From positions 1 to 34,868 of the forward strand of contig FLMG01001271.1 in the NCBI GenBank assembly GCA_900088475.1: DNA of 34,868 bases, read 5' to 3'. Shown piece by piece: positions 32,828 to 34,868 of the stretch (position 1 is the first letter of the stretch; every line of letters starts with the position of its first letter). Under the pieces are notes generated by a model that worked only from the letters and a program-made list of their open reading frames with translations, searched no databases and was not told the DNA's origin. A program made the translations under genes and the position numbers. Source of the stretch: Hyphochytrium catenoides. Its lineage: Eukaryota; Protista; Hyphochytriomycota.

Positions 32828-34868
32828 ATGTTTCACATCCGCGTCTCCGGCGTGACGTCAAGGCATCAGACGACGGCCCACACCATCAATAAAGGGCGAA
32901 AACCTCCCAAGAAGGTTGCAGTGAGCGCAATGGACCGGGAAGAGAAGACTCAAGACCGAGAGGTCTGTTTCTGGTCTCTTCTGTTCTTAACCGTGTGACA
33001 GACAGATGTCTATTCAGAGATCACTCTCTCAAGTCTCCAAGCTGACACCCTCAGCTCACTGTCCCGTGCAAATGCCGGCTCCTCTTTGCCATTTTCTTAG
33101 AAAGGCTTCTCTCGCCCTCTTTCTGAACACAATGTCCTTTGTTTCCCCTTTCTGGCTCTCCGAACCTCCTTCCCTCCCAATCCTTCACTCTTCTCGTTCC
33201 GCTCTCGAATCTCATCCGTTATCTCACGACTTTAAGGTCCCACGGCCTACTTCTCGGCGGCGAAAGAAGCATTCTCGAGGAGGAAAGGGTGGCTCACTAA
33301 GTCCTGAGAAGAAGAAAGAAGAAGACGATGACTCTTCTCTCGCTTTCTTTACCGGGAATCCTGCTATTGAGATTATCTCAGGCAAGCTACGGCTGTACAA
33401 GAGTGAGAAGGCCTCCTATGAACCTGTACGCAGCTCAAGCGAAAGCCCTCAGCCGTTGATAGCTCTTACTTTTTAGCTCCATGGCTTTGACTCCTGGACT
33501 CTCTCCATGGCGGCTGGGCTCCAGCATCCTTGTTATTAGCTACTTCCATGTTTTGCTCTATCGTCGCAAGACCTTTCTTATCACTCGCTCTCCAGTTTTC
33601 TATCTATTTGTAACTCGCTTTCAGAGTCTTGTCTTCCTCTTCGATTGGTTCGTTTTCTATCCTTTGCCTTGGCCTACTTTCTTTCTTGCCTGTACTGCTC
33701 TCCCAAGCTCACCATGCAACACGTAGTCGACTCTGCCGCCCCTTTCGCTCTTGTCGCCCCTAGTTATCTGCCTTGCCCACCATCTGTCTCACTCCTTCCT
33801 GTCTAACTCCTTCTCAGGCCAAAGTATTAAATTCTTTTAGTGAAGCTCTAGGGTTTGGGCCTCCTCCAATTCAGCTGCCAACCCCTCGCGGTTGCCTAAT
33901 CTGCATTATTGCAGTCCCGTCTCACATCTCTCCAAGAGAGCTGCTTGACTTCCTCTCTCCCTTTATAGAGCGGATCAAGTGCCTCAGGATCCTGCATGAC
34001 TCTCAGCCCTATCGGTACATGGGCTTAGTAGAGTTTGATGGACAAGAGGCCGCCGATGAGTTTTTCGTGGTAGGCTAACAGGCATGACGATGAGTACGGG
34101 AGGCGTGTGATGAATGGCTTGGGACAGGATGGAGAGGAAAGACGATGGTAGAAGGCACTAAAGATTCTCTGTCGGTTAACAGGGATACAATGGAAAGCTC
34201 TTCCACTCTTTGGAGGTCGAAAGGTGCAAGCTCGTCTATGTGTCAGAAGTTGAGATAGACAGTCCTGGCGGGGCGGCGTCAGGTGATGCCGTAGCTGACG
34301 ATAAAGACGGAGAGCAGCAGGAACCACACCCTCGCCCTCCCTCTGGCATGACCGAGATACCCACCTGTCCAGTCTGCCTAGACCGATTAGACATGTCCGC
34401 GAGCGGCGTCTTTACTACTGCTTGCAACCACAGCTTTCATTGCGCCTGTCTTTCCAGTTGGGAGGACTCCAGTTGTCCTGTCTGCCGCTACTGCCAGAGT
34501 GTCCTGGACGAGGACTCGTCGGCTTGCGAGGTGCGCGGGGGTTACTTTGCACTTCTTTCCCAGATTGAGCAATATGAAACCTACAGGTTTACCTCTTTCT
34601 CACTTTGCTTGGTTCGGTTCTACAATGATGATAATCCGTTTGTGGGTTAGCTCTCTCTGGGGCCATCCTATCGCCTTTACAAGCGCGTTTATGGGCACTT
34701 TCCTCTTCACATTATCCTATAATCAAATACAGGTTTGCGGCACACACGAAAGCCTTTGGATCTGCCTTATTTGCGGTCACGTGGGGTGCGGGCGCTATCA
34801 GTCGGAACATGCTAAACAGCACTACCAGGAGACACTGCACACCTATGCGCTTGAACTGCAAAGTCAGA
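32828..34868 (+). CDS. BRAP2: BRAP2/IMP/ETP1/BRIZ-family RING + ZnF-UBP E3 ubiquitin ligase, 5' part (runs off window)
   Basis: Start MFHIRV; [19 protein letters not shown]; BRAP2 domain [19 protein letters not shown]...[18 protein letters not shown]|[11 protein letters not shown]; [17 protein letters not shown]...[26 protein letters not shown]; ZnF-UBP CE|[42 protein letters not shown]. Confidence 0.93.

Noticed and set aside
2156-34868. Stop-codon reassignment or non-canonical introns as the reason for fragmented ORFs
   Set aside because: Every break examined is explained by ordinary GT-AG introns under the standard code. An apparent frame conflict at ~15485-15630 resolves with the GTTAGT donor.

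Overview
Intron-rich eukaryotic genomic DNA with GT-AG introns and CTAAC/CTGAC branch points. The protein sequences look protist or stramenopile-like, but that taxonomy is a weak inference. Six genes are supported: (1) a giant minus-strand Piezo mechanosensitive channel gene (~2156-16925); (2) 26S proteasome subunit RPN2/PSMD1 (minus); (3) an AT-hook plus atypical homeodomain protein (plus); (4) 20S proteasome alpha-7/PSMA3 (minus, interrupted by an N gap); (5) a signal-peptide, coiled-coil, C-terminal membrane protein (plus); (6) the 5' part of a BRAP2/ETP1/BRIZ RING plus ZnF-UBP ubiquitin ligase (plus, runs off the window). The main novelty is the Piezo architecture. Manual splicing places an in-frame fibronectin type III plus PH domain cassette in the cytoplasmic loop directly after the beam helix. 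The blade also appears to carry eight 4-TM units before the beam instead of the canonical seven. Secondary observations include a shared upstream motif in the two proteasome genes and a homeodomain lacking the near-invariant Asn51. All calls come from manual translation and motif recognition; no searches were run.
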